A stretch of 64,000 nt of DNA from an uncultured bacterium (GCA_963749495.1 CAVVMW010000010.1:320001-384000); one strand, 5' to 3'; shown: positions 47,692 to 58,997, numbered from the stretch's first letter. The notes: a model not told the origin generated them from the sequence alone. Program-made: numbers and translations.

Positions 47692-48175
47692 ATGCCAGAC
47701 GAGTCCCCCAACGTCACCCTGTACCCGATACAGACGACATTCATCGTGGTTCGGGAAATCCACTTCGTTTCTCATCGCCCCCCGAGCGCAAGCGATAAGA
47801 TCGACCAGTCCCGTATTTCCATCACCCAGTCGGCCACTCCATTCAATGAAGCCACACGCCGGGTTCAGGTCACGCTCACCGCCGAGGTTCGGGCCAGGCC
47901 CCGAACCTGAAGCCAATCCGCCACCGTTCAGCGTCAAGGTGTCAATGACGGGCGAATTCGTCATTGATCCGTCCTTTCCCACTGACAAGATCAGGCTTTG
48001 GATAATTCAGAACTCCGCTTATCTCATTTTCCCATACCTCCGGGAGCGCCTCCATTACATCACTGGCCAAGGGGGGTATCCGCCGATCCTCCTGCCGCTG
48101 ATGCAGATTCCCACCATCAAAATCGACGCCCCCAAGCCTGCACAACCGGCCCCATCTCCCGCGCGCGAAGCGTAG
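47692..48175 (+). CDS. SecB-like chaperone; frameshift near 47886
   Basis: N-part 47692.. joins 'PFSVKVSMTGEF...NSAYLIFPYLRE.L..IT.QGGYPPILLP' (SecB signature). Confidence 0.85.
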
Positions 48176-48659
48176 CTGCGATCATCAAGTCCCTACGGGG
48201 GCGGCAACGGTCTGCGTAGGACCAACGCAGAAATCGGATACCGGAAGGGGAGGCATTGCGTGCCCCCCAAGCCCTTGGGCGCCCGAAGGAACTCCATATC
48301 AGGCCGGGGTGGAGACGCGGGGCGGCTGGGCCTGGGCGGGCAGGCCAGCGCCGGCAAGAGCGGTCCCAGGAAGCGCAGGGCGGGTCCGGCAAAACACCAG
48401 AATTTATCGAGCGCCATCGTAGCGCGAAGCGGCCCCGGCAAAGGAGGGGCTGGCCCGTCCCCAGCGCGGGCTTCGGGAAAAGGAACTCCATAGGCACCGG
48501 GGGGGGCGCCCCGCCGTCCGCCGGGGGCGGCGTTGGCCTGGCGCTCCTGGCCGGCAGGTCACGACTCGACAGCCGCCGGGGGTCAGCCGAGACCGTGGCC
48601 AGTCCCGCCAGAATGGCCCGCCTTGCTGCGAGGAAAGGGGCCCTTACATAGTGCATTTT

Positions 48660-48860
48660 CATTCATATTCCCAGATGAGCTTGGTCTGGCTGAGCAGGGG
48701 TGAGTTGGCCCATAGCCAGTTGCAAGCGCACGCTCGGGTTCCGGGGGTGCCCAGGTGCAGGTGCCCGGCAATCTGCTTGACGGAGAGCGTTGTCCCCCTA
48801 CGCAGTCGGGCTGCGATTTGCAGCTTAGCCGGGTCGCTCTTGCGCCGGGACGCGAGGTCT
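48660..48860 (-). mobile_element. Second 3' remnant of a RAYT/Y1-type transposase
   Basis: Minus strand reads RRKSDPAKLQIAARLRRGTTLSVKQIAGHLHLGT. Confidence 0.6.
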
Positions 48861-49562
48861 GTCGGTCTCTTGCGTGGCTGTCAGTAACCTGAACTAAAGG
48901 CCATTGGGGTCATGTCTTGTCATGGCAGGGGTCAGACCGTAGAAAAGCCTCAGGCCTCCACCCCTTGGACCTCGAAAAAAAATGCCTCATAATCCGCATG
49001 GTCCGCATTGTCCTTAGACAACATCCGTCCCCAGCGCACACACTCCCGGCATGAAACGGCAACTGCGCCAACTGAGGCGTTCGGAAGGAATAAATGTGCC
49101 AGGTGTGGCGCAGGAATTTCGGCCGCTGGCGAGGCGCGAGCGAGGTGCATATCCGCCAGGATGTGTAAGGAGCGAGCAACAAAGCCAGCGGGCAAAAGGA
49201 CCAGCCAGAGCTGGCACGTTTATTCCTTCCGAATGCCTCAGGCCCCGCACAGGCCGCCCACCAACAGGGGCCAACCGCTGGTCCAGCCTCATTCCCACCA
49301 ATTCACGCGATCCCCGCAATTTCGGGCATTTTCCCACATTTTCCCACATTTTCCCACAATTTCTAAACCTCCGGGAGAGGAGAAACGTCGAGCTCGCGCC
49401 TTACCAAACCGCACCAGGGTGCAAAGGACTGGGCAGACCCCTCCCGCTGTCCAAACCCTCCGCGGTTTTGTGTCATTTCAAGCCATTGGGGTCATGTCTT
49501 GTCATTTCAAGCAGTCTCTTGAACTTCCAGGCGTCTCTGGTTCCTCGAGCGGCTGCGGACAA

Positions 49563-49666
49563 TTCTCCCTCTCCCCTTCCGACTCGCCGCGCTGCCGCGC
49601 CGCCCGCCGTGCTCGCGCACTGGCGCGGCAGGTCGCAGCGGGTGGGGAGAGGGCCGGGGTGAGGGG
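49563..49666. repeat. Repeat family C variant; direct repeat of 41567-41670
   Basis: 104 bp, 3 mismatches by eye. Confidence 0.85.
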
Positions 49667-49769
49667 TCCGGTTACGGGGACGCTGAATACGCTTTGACAA
49701 GGAATCGAAACGAGGCATGATCTGCTGTGCAACCGGTCATGTTCCCGGTCCACTCGACACTCCCAAACT

Positions 49770-51229
49770 ATGACTCGACCCGTGCAGCAGCGGCCAGTCC
49801 CCAAGCTCGGTCTGGTGATTAACTCCATCGAGGTCTTCGATCCGGTCTCCAAGGACCGGTCGGAGCAGGCGCTCCGCCGCTACTTCGACGAATTGCTCGC
49901 TTCCAACCAAATTGACCCTGCCTCGATCATCACCGAGCGCATTTTTGGGCCGCACGAGGCCCTGGCAGCGGCGGACCGGTTTGCGGCGGCACAGGTGGAT
50001 GTCGTGGTCATCGCCAATATCGCCTTTCCCAATGGCCAGGTCTTCCTGACCCTGGCCACGCATCCGAACCTGGCCCAAACCCCGCTGGCGGTCATCGCCG
50101 AGCCCGAGCCGCCGGACAGCCCGGAATGGGCGACCAATGCCTGGTGCGGGGTCATCATGAATAACCATGTGGCCCACCAGATCGGCCGCCCCATATTGAC
50201 CCTGCCCGGGCCGTTCGCCGGCGAGACGTTCCAGGCCCAGTTCTCGAGGTTGCTCCGGGTCGCCGGGACGATCCGGTTCCTGCGCCGGGACTTTCTGGGC
50301 CGCTTCGGCGATGCCCCGGGCGGCTTTCATTCGGCCACGGGCGACCAAATGGCCTTTGCGAGGGTCTTCGGGACGCGCGTGGACACCCTGGACTTGACGG
50401 CCGTGATGGAGACCTTCCGGACCGGCAAGGCCAAAGGGTATTTGGGAGAGGCCGGTTTTTCGGATGAAGACATCCGCCAAACCGTCGCGCAGATAACCGA
50501 AGGCCGCGAGGTCCAGGTGGACGCGAAAATGGTCGAGCGCGGGGCGCGGCTCTACCAGACCTACCGGGCGATCATTCGGGCAAACGGCTATACTTCGGCC
50601 GCCTATCGTTGTTGGCCGGAGCAGAACGAATCGTATATCGGGGTCAGCTCCTGCCTGGCTATCGGGTTGCTGCTGGCAAACGGGGACATTACCGGGGCGG
50701 CCTGCGAAGGGGACTGGCCTACGGCCGTAGTCCAGTCCATCGGCACCCTGCTCTCCGGCCGGGCCGCGGCCTGCCTGGACTGGGTCAGCTACACCGGCGG
50801 GTCCCAGATAGTGCAGTTGGGCCATTGCGGCGTGGGCATCTGCGGTTCGATGGCGCAGGGCAAATGCGGTTGCGCCTCTTTCGACACCATCGCGATGCAC
50901 CCCCCCATCCGGTTGGGCGGAGGCGCCATGGGCCCGGTACACATCGGCCAATTCGAGTTTGGGCCCAAGACCGGCCTCTGCTTGGCGCGGGACCCGAACG
51001 GGCGGTTCAAACTCCTGGTCTTCCGCGGCACGAGCAGTCCCGAGACGGCCCGGGGGTTGGCGTATGTCGCCGCCGATATGGCGGTGCCGGATTACCAGCG
51101 GCTCAACCAGCTCGTGCTCGAGGGGGATTCACCCATCACCTCGCAGTGGCGCTGGCCGATGTGAGTGAAGAGGCCAGGATGCTGTGCGCGTTCCTGGGCA
51201 TCGAGTGCGTCAGCCCGCACGACCAGTAG
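49770..51229 (+). CDS. L-fucose/L-arabinose isomerase family protein; frameshift in G-run near 51122
   Basis: NAWCG, RCWPE, ACEGD, GHCG; terminal 'GFTHHLAV' in the shifted frame. Confidence 0.78.
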
Positions 51230-51345
51230 AGTCTTTGAACTCCAAGACGTGATGCAGACCGGTCAAGATTGTGGCACGGGCATCCTGCCCGTGGGGGACT
51301 TGGGCAGGATGCCCGAGCCACGGTGTGAGGCCCTGCCTCGCTAGG

Positions 51346-52407
51346 ATGAAGCCCATGACCTCCCGAGAACGGGTGCTCGCCGCCATGGACCGCCGGCCGG
51401 CGGACCGGACGCCGGCCGATTACAAGGCCGAGCCGGCCGTCAACCAATACATGATGGAGCACCTGGGGGCCGGCAGTTGTGAGGAGCTGCTGCAACGGCT
51501 GGAAATCGACGTGCGCCGGCTCGAACCGCGCTACGTCGGCCCCGCCTTCAGGACTTTCGAGGACGGCGTTTTCGAGGACTACTGGGGCATTCGTTCCAAG
51601 CACCTCCAGGCCGAGCACGGCAGCTACGACATGCACGTCCACACGCCGCTTTGGGACGCGCAGTCCGTGGCGGACCTCGAGCGCCATCCCTGGCCCTCGC
51701 CTGATATCTTCGATTACTCGGTGATGCGCGCCCAGTGCGGCCGCCACCGCGATTATGCGCTCATGTACGAAGGGGCCGATTTGTTCACCCGCCCTTGCAT
51801 TCTCAGGAACATGGAGAACGTCCTGCTCGATATGATCGAGCGGCCCGAAATGGCCCACTGCCTGTTCGAGCAGTTCACCCGGTTCTATTGCGAGGACATC
51901 ACCCGCGCCCTGGAGGCCACCCATGGCGGGTTCGACATCTATTGCGAGTGGAGCGACTACGGCACGCAACGCGCCTTGCTCATTTCCGTGCCGATGTTCC
52001 GCCAATTCATCGCGCCCTATCTCAAGCGCCTCATCGATGTCGTCCATTCGGGGGGCGTCAAGTTCATGGCCCATAGTTGCGGCGCCATTCGCCCGCTCAT
52101 CCCCGACCTCATCGCGCTGGGCGTCGATGCCCTCGACCCCATCCAGGTTGCCGCCCAGGGGATGGACCCCGCGGCGCTCAAACGCGACTTTGGCGGCCAG
52201 TTGGCCTTCCATGGCGGTGTCTGCACCCAGCGCACCCTGCCGTTCGGCACTCCCCTGGAGGTCAGGGAAGCTGTGCTCCACCGCGTGGCCACGCTCGGGG
52301 CGGGCGGGGGCTATATCCTCGCCTCCAGCCATGACATCAGCGCAGATACCCCGCCCCAAAACGTCGTGGCCATGTACCAGCCCGAACTGCGCACTCTCAC
52401 CCCATGA
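51346..52407 (+). CDS. Uroporphyrinogen decarboxylase / MtaA-CmuA-like family protein
   Basis: MTSRERV....DR.P, DYGTQ, HSCG, DPIQ, GGGYIL..SH. Confidence 0.85.
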   Translation: MKPMTSRERVLAAMDRRPADRTPADYKAEPAVNQYMMEHLGAGSCEELLQRLEIDVRRLEPRYVGPAFRTFEDGVFEDYWGIRSKHLQAEHGSYDMHVHTPLWDAQSVADLERHPWPSPDIFDYSVMRAQCGRHRDYALMYEGADLFTRPCILRNMENVLLDMIERPEMAHCLFEQFTRFYCEDITRALEATHGGFDIYCEWSDYGTQRALLISVPMFRQFIAPYLKRLIDVVHSGGVKFMAHSCGAIRPLIPDLIALGVDALDPIQVAAQGMDPAALKRDFGGQLAFHGGVCTQRTLPFGTPLEVREAVLHRVATLGAGGGYILASSHDISADTPPQNVVAMYQPELRTLTP

Positions 52408-52464
52408 CCGGGCAACCGAAAGGTCCCTATCATAGAGCGTGTCCCAGAAACCGCGAATTCTGGG

Positions 52465-52548
52465 ACCTTTGTCGCAGCCTTTGTCGAAACCTTTGTCGGA
52501 TTGGCCATGCCTCGACAAAGGCCGCGACAAAGGCCGCGACAAAGGTCC
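52465..52548. repeat. Repeat family A
   Basis: As 378-472. Confidence 0.9.
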
Positions 52549-52606
52549 GGAATCAGGGTTTTTGGGACAAGCTCTATCACAGAAAGAAGGTTAAACCCAC
52601 ATTAGC

Positions 52607-53542
52607 ATGTCCATACTCTGCATAGGTCAACTGGTCGCTGACATCGTGGTGCGGCCCGTAAACGGGCTGCCGGTTCCTGGCCGGACCGATTTCGTGGAGG
52701 AGCTCCAACTGCTGGCGGGCGGGTGCGCCGCAAATACGGCCGCGGTGGCGGCCAAACTGGGCGCCGAGGCCCGCGTGGCGGCGCTGATTGGCCAGGACAG
52801 CCTGGGCGATGCGGCGCTGGCCGATCTTCGGGCGGCTGGGGTCCGCCTGGACGCGGTGGTGCGCGACCGCTCCGTGTCCACCTCGGCAGTGGTCGTCCTG
52901 GTCAGCGGCACCGGGGAACGCTCCTTCCTCTACCGGGATGGCGGGAACGAGCGGCTGGCAAACCGCCATGTCCCCGACAGCGTGTTGAAAGAGGCGCGGC
53001 TCGTACACGTGGGCGGCGCGATGAAGCTGATGGAGCTGGACCTGGCGGAGTTGCTGGGGCGGGCCAAATCCTTTGGTTGCACCACCTCGCTCGATACCGA
53101 TTGGGACGCGCGCGGCAACTGGATGCGCAAGCTGGGAGACGCGCTGCCCAAGCTCGATTATCTCATGACCAATCAGGAGGAGGCCGCAATGCTGGCCGGC
53201 AAACAGGCCCCCCAGGATGCGGCCCGCGCGTTGCTGGCGCTGGGGCCGCAGGCGGTCGCGGTCAAACGCGGTGAGCGGGGCTCGATGCTGGCCACGCCGC
53301 GCGGCGTTTTCGAGTTGCCCGCCTACCGCGTCCCGGTGCGGGACACCACCTGTGCGGGCGATTCGTTTGCGGCGGGTTTCCTCCTGGGCGTGAGCCGAGG
53401 CTGGCCGCTCGAGGATTCGATGCGGCTGGGCAACGCCGCCGGCGCCTTGTGTACGACCCAAATCAGCCACCGCGCAATCACTTCCCTGGAGGACACACTG
53501 CGGTTGGTCAAAAGCCAGCCGGTGGACGCCGCCGTGGTTTAG
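52607..53542 (+). CDS. PfkB-family carbohydrate kinase
   Basis: GGCAANTA, IGQDSLG, NQEEA, DTTCAGDSF. Confidence 0.9.
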   Translation: MSILCIGQLVADIVVRPVNGLPVPGRTDFVEELQLLAGGCAANTAAVAAKLGAEARVAALIGQDSLGDAALADLRAAGVRLDAVVRDRSVSTSAVVVLVSGTGERSFLYRDGGNERLANRHVPDSVLKEARLVHVGGAMKLMELDLAELLGRAKSFGCTTSLDTDWDARGNWMRKLGDALPKLDYLMTNQEEAAMLAGKQAPQDAARALLALGPQAVAVKRGERGSMLATPRGVFELPAYRVPVRDTTCAGDSFAAGFLLGVSRGWPLEDSMRLGNAAGALCTTQISHRAITSLEDTLRLVKSQPVDAAVV

Positions 53543-53650
53543 GGCGATCGCGTTAAGAATATGCGCCCGCAAACCGTGCCCGGATCGTGGTATTGCCCGG
53601 AGGCGCTCCAGCGGGCGCATCCCGAGACCGCCCCCACCGCAGGGGGCCGG

Positions 53651-53765
53651 AGCGGAGTGCGCCCGTCCCCGGGCGCAGCAACGTCCGGAGCCAGGGCAGC
53701 GGTCGAACATTCCGGCGCGCCTGCCCGCTCCGTCGCTGCTGCGCCCGGGGACGGGCGCACTCCGG
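53651..53765. repeat. Palindromic repeat (CGGAGTGCGCCCGTCCCCGGGCGCAGCA arms)
   Basis: Long inverted arms. Confidence 0.75.
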
Positions 53766-53823
53766 GGGCACTGTCAGGAAGGGTCCGGCTCCAGCCCTGG
53801 GTTCCCTCTGCACTCTACACTCG

Positions 53824-54889
53824 ATGACTCCCCGCGAACGAACCCTGGCCGTGCTGGCGCGCAAGCGGCCTGACCGCCTGCCACGCGAACTGAAGTTGAC
53901 GCCGTCGCTCCTGGAAGCGCTCAAGAAGCGGACCGGCTCCACTGACCCGGCCGAGCACTTCGGCCTGGAGGTGCGGGATGTGTATTTGGCCCCGCCGGCC
54001 AAACTGCCGGACTTCAGCCCCTACTATCCCGAGGGCCTGCCCAAACTCTGGAATCCGCCAGGCTGGGAGGTGGGCGAATGGGGAGTCGGGGTCACCGGCT
54101 GCTCGACCTACCATTTTATCCACATCGAACATCCCATGCGCCGGCTGACCCGGATCGAGGAACTGGAGCGGTATCCGTTTCCAGACCCAACGGCGCCGGA
54201 ACGGCACAAAGCACCTGGCCGGCCAGGTGCGCTGCCTGCACGAGCGCGGCCTGTTCGCCATCGGCTTCATGGAGTGGACGATCTTCGAGATCGCCTGGCA
54301 CCTGCGCGGCATGGAGGAGTTGTTCCAGGACATGGCGTTCAATCCGCCCTTCGCCGAATACCTGCTGGACCGCATCACGGCCATCCGCTGTGCCCAGGCC
54401 CGGCTCCATGCCGCCGCAGGCGTGGACCTGCTGAAAATCGGGGACGACATGGGCACGCAGATCGCCATGTTCATGAGCCCGGCCATGTACCGCCGGTGGT
54501 TCAAGCCGCGGCACGCCGCGGTCATCCGCGCCGCGCGTGAGGTGCGTCCCGATTTGCCCGTCTGTTACCACAGCGACGGCAAATGCCGGGACATCATCCC
54601 GGACCTGATCGAGATTGGCGTCACGGTGCTCAACCCCGTGCAGCCGGAGTGCCTGGACCTGGTCCAGGTCAAAGAGCAATTCGGCGACCGGCTCGTCTTT
54701 TGGGGCGGCATCGGCACCCAGACGACCATGCCCTTCGCCACGCCCGACGAGGTCTATCGCACCGTGCAGCAAACGATCCGCGTGCTCGGCCCCACGGGCT
54801 ATCTCCCCTGCCCAACCCATGTCCTGGAACCGGAAGTGCCGTGGGAAAATATCGAGGCCTTCCTCCGCGCCGTGGAGGAATTCCGGTAG
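53824..54889 (+). CDS. Second URO-D/MtaA-like protein; frameshift in A-run near 54208
   Basis: MTPRER....PDRLP; C-part LRGME, GDDMGTQ, YHSDG, NPVQPE, GGIGTQ. Confidence 0.85.
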
Positions 54890-54933
54890 GCGTTCCAACG
54901 TCGCTCTAAACCGAACCCCATAGCTTTGGCACA

Positions 54934-55016
54934 ACCTTTGTCGCAGCCTTTGTCGCAGCCTTTGTCGAGAAATCGCGCATTCGACAAAGGCCGCGACAAA
55001 GGCCGCGACAAAGGTC
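54934..55016. repeat. Repeat family A
   Basis: As 378-472. Confidence 0.9.
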
Positions 55017-55036
55017 CCAGAACCGCATGACTGTGC

Positions 55037-55735
55037 CTACTCGCGCGTCGTTGCCGAAACCTGCCGGAGGAAGTTCGTCGTCCACGCGCGAACGTTAGGG
55101 TCCGGGTCGCTCAGGTATCTGCGTAGAGCGGCCTCGACCTCCTCTTTGGCCAGGCCGGCATTGGCCAGGGCGCCGGCGGCCACCGAACGAACATCGGGAT
55201 GCTTGTCTGCCAGCACTTCGATGAGCGCCCTCCGGGCCGTCCCGTCCGTTTTTGCAAACGGCTGGAGGGCCGACGCCGCAGCGAACCGGTTCAACCAGGG
55301 CTTGTCCTCTTTGAGTACCCGCACCAAAGCCGGGATTGCCGGCGCGGCGTTCGTCCCCAGGCGGCATAATAGCCATAAAGTGTTGCGCCGGGCCACGTCA
55401 GTGTCAATTGGCCGCGGCAATGGCCTGGCCGCCCATGCCGGGAGTTTGAACCAGGTTTTCGTGTAAACCCCATTGAAGAGTTGCCGGAAGGGGCTCTGCG
55501 GCCTTTCCAGGTACCTGGCCAGGAAGGGAACGGCGGCCGAGTCCAGCGCCGGGACCTCACCGAATCGAGGTCCAAGCATCCCCGGGCCAATCTCTCCAGT
55601 GCGGCGAATCCAGTAGCCCAAAGGCTTCCCTTTATAGACCGGCTCCGGCTCGTGCTTGTGCAAGCCTTCCCACACGGCCAATCCAAGGACAGCCACGAGC
55701 AGCGCAGCCAGGACAATGAAGACCCGTTTTTTCAC
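55037..55735 (-). CDS. HEAT-repeat protein with N-terminal membrane anchor
   Basis: TM segment, EPVYKGKPL.YW, AIPALV..L.D / VRSVAA.AL repeats. Confidence 0.75.
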   Translation of the reverse strand: MKKRVFIVLAALLVAVLGLAVWEGLHKHEPEPVYKGKPLGYWIRRTGEIGPGMLGPRFGEVPALDSAAVPFLARYLERPQSPFRQLFNGVYTKTWFKLPAWAARPLPRPIDTDVARRNTLWLLCRLGTNAAPAIPALVRVLKEDKPWLNRFAAASALQPFAKTDGTARRALIEVLADKHPDVRSVAAGALANAGLAKEEVEAALRRYLSDPDPNVRAWTTNFLRQVSATTRE

Positions 55736-56006
55736 TGCCAACTCCCTCACGCTCAAGTGTGCACGAGATACGGCAGCTTCTCTTTCATGAAATGCAGAAT
55801 AAGTTGTTGCCGTTCGGAAGCAAGTGCGCAGTCCGGTGCCCCTTTTGTCTCTTTTGTCTCTTTTGTCCCTTTTGTCCCTTTTACTCACCCCCACAAGACC
55901 CGCCAGCCAGCAGGGACAAAAGGGACAAAAGCGACCAAAAGGAGGCGGGCTTATGCCAACTATTATTTTCGGTGGCACACCCCCGGGAGGCGGAGTATCT
56001 TGCCCG

Positions 56007-57276
56007 GTGAATTATCCGGGACTTGTGTTTTGCCTGGCCTTTGGCTCGGCGGCCCTTGGAGCGCTGACGCCGGAGCAGGCGCGGCTGTTGCCGCCGGCGA
56101 GCGCGCGGCCGGTGGTTTTTGGCCGGGACATCCGGCCGCTGCTCGAGGCCCGTTGCGTGCAATGCCACGGGCGGGGCCGGGACAAGGGAGGGTTTCGGCT
56201 CGAGACCCGCGACCTGCTGCTTCAGGGCGGGGACTCGGGCCCGGCGGTGAAGGTGGGCAACAGCCGGGAGAGCCTGCTGATCGAGCTGGTCTCCGGGCTG
56301 GACCCGGACAATGTGATGCCCAGGAAAGGGACGCGGCTGACGGTCGAGCAGGTGGGCCTGTTGCGGGCGTGGATCGACCAGGGGCTGCCCTGGGATGCGG
56401 GGATGACTTTCGCCAAAGCTGCGCCGCTCAACCTGGCGCCCCCGGCGCCGGCCTTCGAGGTGTCGGCGTCCGGCCCGGTCAATCCTATCAACCAAATCCT
56501 TGGGCCGTATTTTGCCGCCAAAGGGGTGAATGCCGGGGCAGTAGTGGAGGACCGTCTCTATGCGCGCCGGGTGTACCTGGATGCCATCGGCTTGCTCCCG
56601 CCGGCCGATGAACTGGAGGCCTTCGTGAAAGATGAGCAGCCGGCCTGGAACCAGGACCTGCTGGATTGGCTGGCGAAGAACCTGGTCGAGCACCGCTACG
56701 ATTTGAAGCACACGCTCGAAGTCATGCTCACCAGCCGGGCCTGCCAGATGCCGGCGGTGGACCTCGGGGAGGCCCAAGCCAAAGAGTTTGTCTTCGGCGG
56801 TCCCGGCGTCCGGCGCCTCTCGGCTGAGGAATTCCGCGATGCCCTGGGCCAGCTTACCGGCGTCTGGCATGAAAAAACCGAGTTGCCGGCGGCAACCAAT
56901 TCGAACCCGAATTCGAGTTCGATTCGGGCGGCGCTCGTGGCGGCGGACCCGCTGACCACGGCGCTGGGCCGGCCCAACCGCGATCAGGTTGTCACGGCCC
57001 GCGCCGGCGCGGCCACGACCTTGCAGGCTCTCGAGACTCATACACGGGCAAACGCTGGCGGACATCCTGCAACGCGGGGCCGCAAGGCTTCTCGGCTCGG
57101 GTTCAACTCCGGGCGAGTTGGTGGATCGTCTCTACCTTGGCGCGCTGGGCCGGGCGCCCAGCGCCGCCGAGAAGGCGCTCGCCTCGGAGTTGGTGGGCCT
57201 GCCGGCGCAGCCGCAAGGTGTGGAGGACCTGCTCTGGGCGGTGGCGATGCTGCCGGAGTTTCAGTTGGTGAACTAA
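56007..57276 (+). pseudogene. Planctomycete cytochrome c / DUF1549-DUF1553 protein with an internal deletion and a frameshift near 57040
   Basis: F.RDIRPLL..RCVQCHG; 'RRVYLD.IGL.P' jumps straight to 'DLLDWLA...YDLKH'. Confidence 0.7.
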
Positions 57277-57293
57277 CGAGCGGGGGAGGAACG

Positions 57294-58780
57294 ATGCACA
57301 CACGACGTGACTTTCTGAGGACTGCCGGCGCGGCAACGCTGTCGGCGTTGGCGTCAGGTTTTCCGCGCCAGCTCTTGAGCGCGGAATCTGTGGCCCAGAC
57401 GCCCCCCCTACGGCCGACACGGTGATTGTGCTCTGGATGGCGGGCGGCATGGCCCACACCGAGACCTTCGATCCCAAACGCTATACTCCCTTCGAGAAGG
57501 GAATGGCTCCGAGCGCCTTCCTGAGCACGTTCCCCAGCATCGAGACGGCGGTGGACGGCATCCGGTTTTCCCAGGGCCTGGAGAACCTGGCCCGGGTGAT
57601 GGATCGGGGCACGCTCATCCGGACCTACACCGCCGGCGACCTCGGTTTCATCCTGCACTCGCGGCACCAATACCAGTGGCACACCGGCTACGCCCCGCCG
57701 CAGACCCTTGCCGCGCCTCACCTGGGCGCGGTCATCGCCCGCACGCTCGGGCCGCTCAACCCGGTCGTGCCCGCCTTCATCAATATCGGCCAGCGCCTCG
57801 ACGTGGGTGAAGGCGGAGAACTCAAGGCCTTTACCACCGCAGGCTTCCTGGGCAGCGAATACGGGCCCTTCAGCATCCCGTTCCCGGACCAGGCCGCGCA
57901 GAGCGTGCGTCCACCCGGCGGCATGACGCCCGGCCGCTTCGAGGACCGGCAGAAGTTCCTCAAGAAGCTCCTGGCCGGCAGTCCCATCGGCCAATACGGC
58001 AGCGGCTATCAAAAGGACTCGCTGTTGCGTTCGCTGGACAACGCCTACCGGCTGCTCAGTTCGCCGGCGGCCAAGGCCTTTGACCTCGCCCTGGAGCCGC
58101 TGGAGAATATCCGCAAATACGCCCCGGTGTACGAGCCGGGCCGGCGGTTCGATGCCGCCGAGGATCGGTTTGGGGCCAAATACGAGGAGCAGATGGTGGG
58201 GCGATTCGGCCTGGGGTGCCTGCTGGCGCGGCGCCTGGCGGAGGTGGGCGCGCGCTACATCGAGGTCACCACCGAGTACATCCCGTTCTTGAACTGGGAC
58301 ACGCACGAGAACGGGCACACGCGGGCGGCGGCGATGAAGAGGCAGATCGATGCCCCGGCGGCCCAGTTAGTGCTCGACCTCGAGGAGCGCGGGTTGCTCA
58401 ATCGCACCCTGGTCGTCCTGGCCAGCGAGTTCAGCCGCGATGCCCTCATCGAGGGCAAACCTGATCACAAGGTCAAGGACCAGGTCGAGGTGCCCGATAA
58501 GATCCAGGACCTCAAGTTTTATGGCATGCACCGCCATTTCACCGATGCCGGCTGCGTGCTCTTGTTTGGCGGGGGCGTCCGGCGGGGCTGCCTGCACGGC
58601 CGCACCGCGGAGGAGCGCCCGTGCCGCACCCTCGGCCAGCGAGTCGTCATCGAGGACCTCCACGCCTCGCTCTACAGCGCCCTGGGCATCTCCCCCAGGC
58701 TCGCCTACGAGACCGAGCGCCGTCCTTTCTACGTGACCCGAGACGGGCAGGGCCAGCGGATTGGGGAGCTGTTTAGCTAG
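57294..58780 (+). CDS. DUF1501 family Tat protein; frameshift in C-run near 57405
   Basis: TRRDFL; LWMAGG..HTETFDPK, GCLLARRL, WDTH, SEFSR. Confidence 0.88.
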
Positions 58781-58784
58781 CCCG

Positions 58785-58997
58785 CGCGTCGCGGAGCAAC
58801 GGATGAATGTAGCCGCGGACCTCGGTCCACGGTTTGGGACATTGGAGGAGCCCCGCGTCGCGCAGCAACGCTTGAGGGCTTCGCGCTGGCAGATCCAATC
58901 CTGTTTTCAGGCGTCACTACGCAACGCGGGACCACTCCAACGCTCGAAGCCATGGACTGAAATCCATGGCTACCTTCAGGGCGTCGCTACGCGACGC
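58785..58997. repeat. REP-like family B, diverged
   Basis: ggactgaaatccatgg and cgtcgctacgcgacg elements. Confidence 0.65.

Noticed and set aside
47600..47700. tmRNA gene or fragment explaining the ssrA-like peptide
   Set aside because: The tag is the in-frame end of a coupled ORF with the next gene 5 nt away; no tRNA-like ends were seen.
48117..48662. ORFs downstream of the SecB-like gene as a fourth TAC component
   Set aside because: Low-complexity Arg/Pro/Gly translations, no coupling and no motif.
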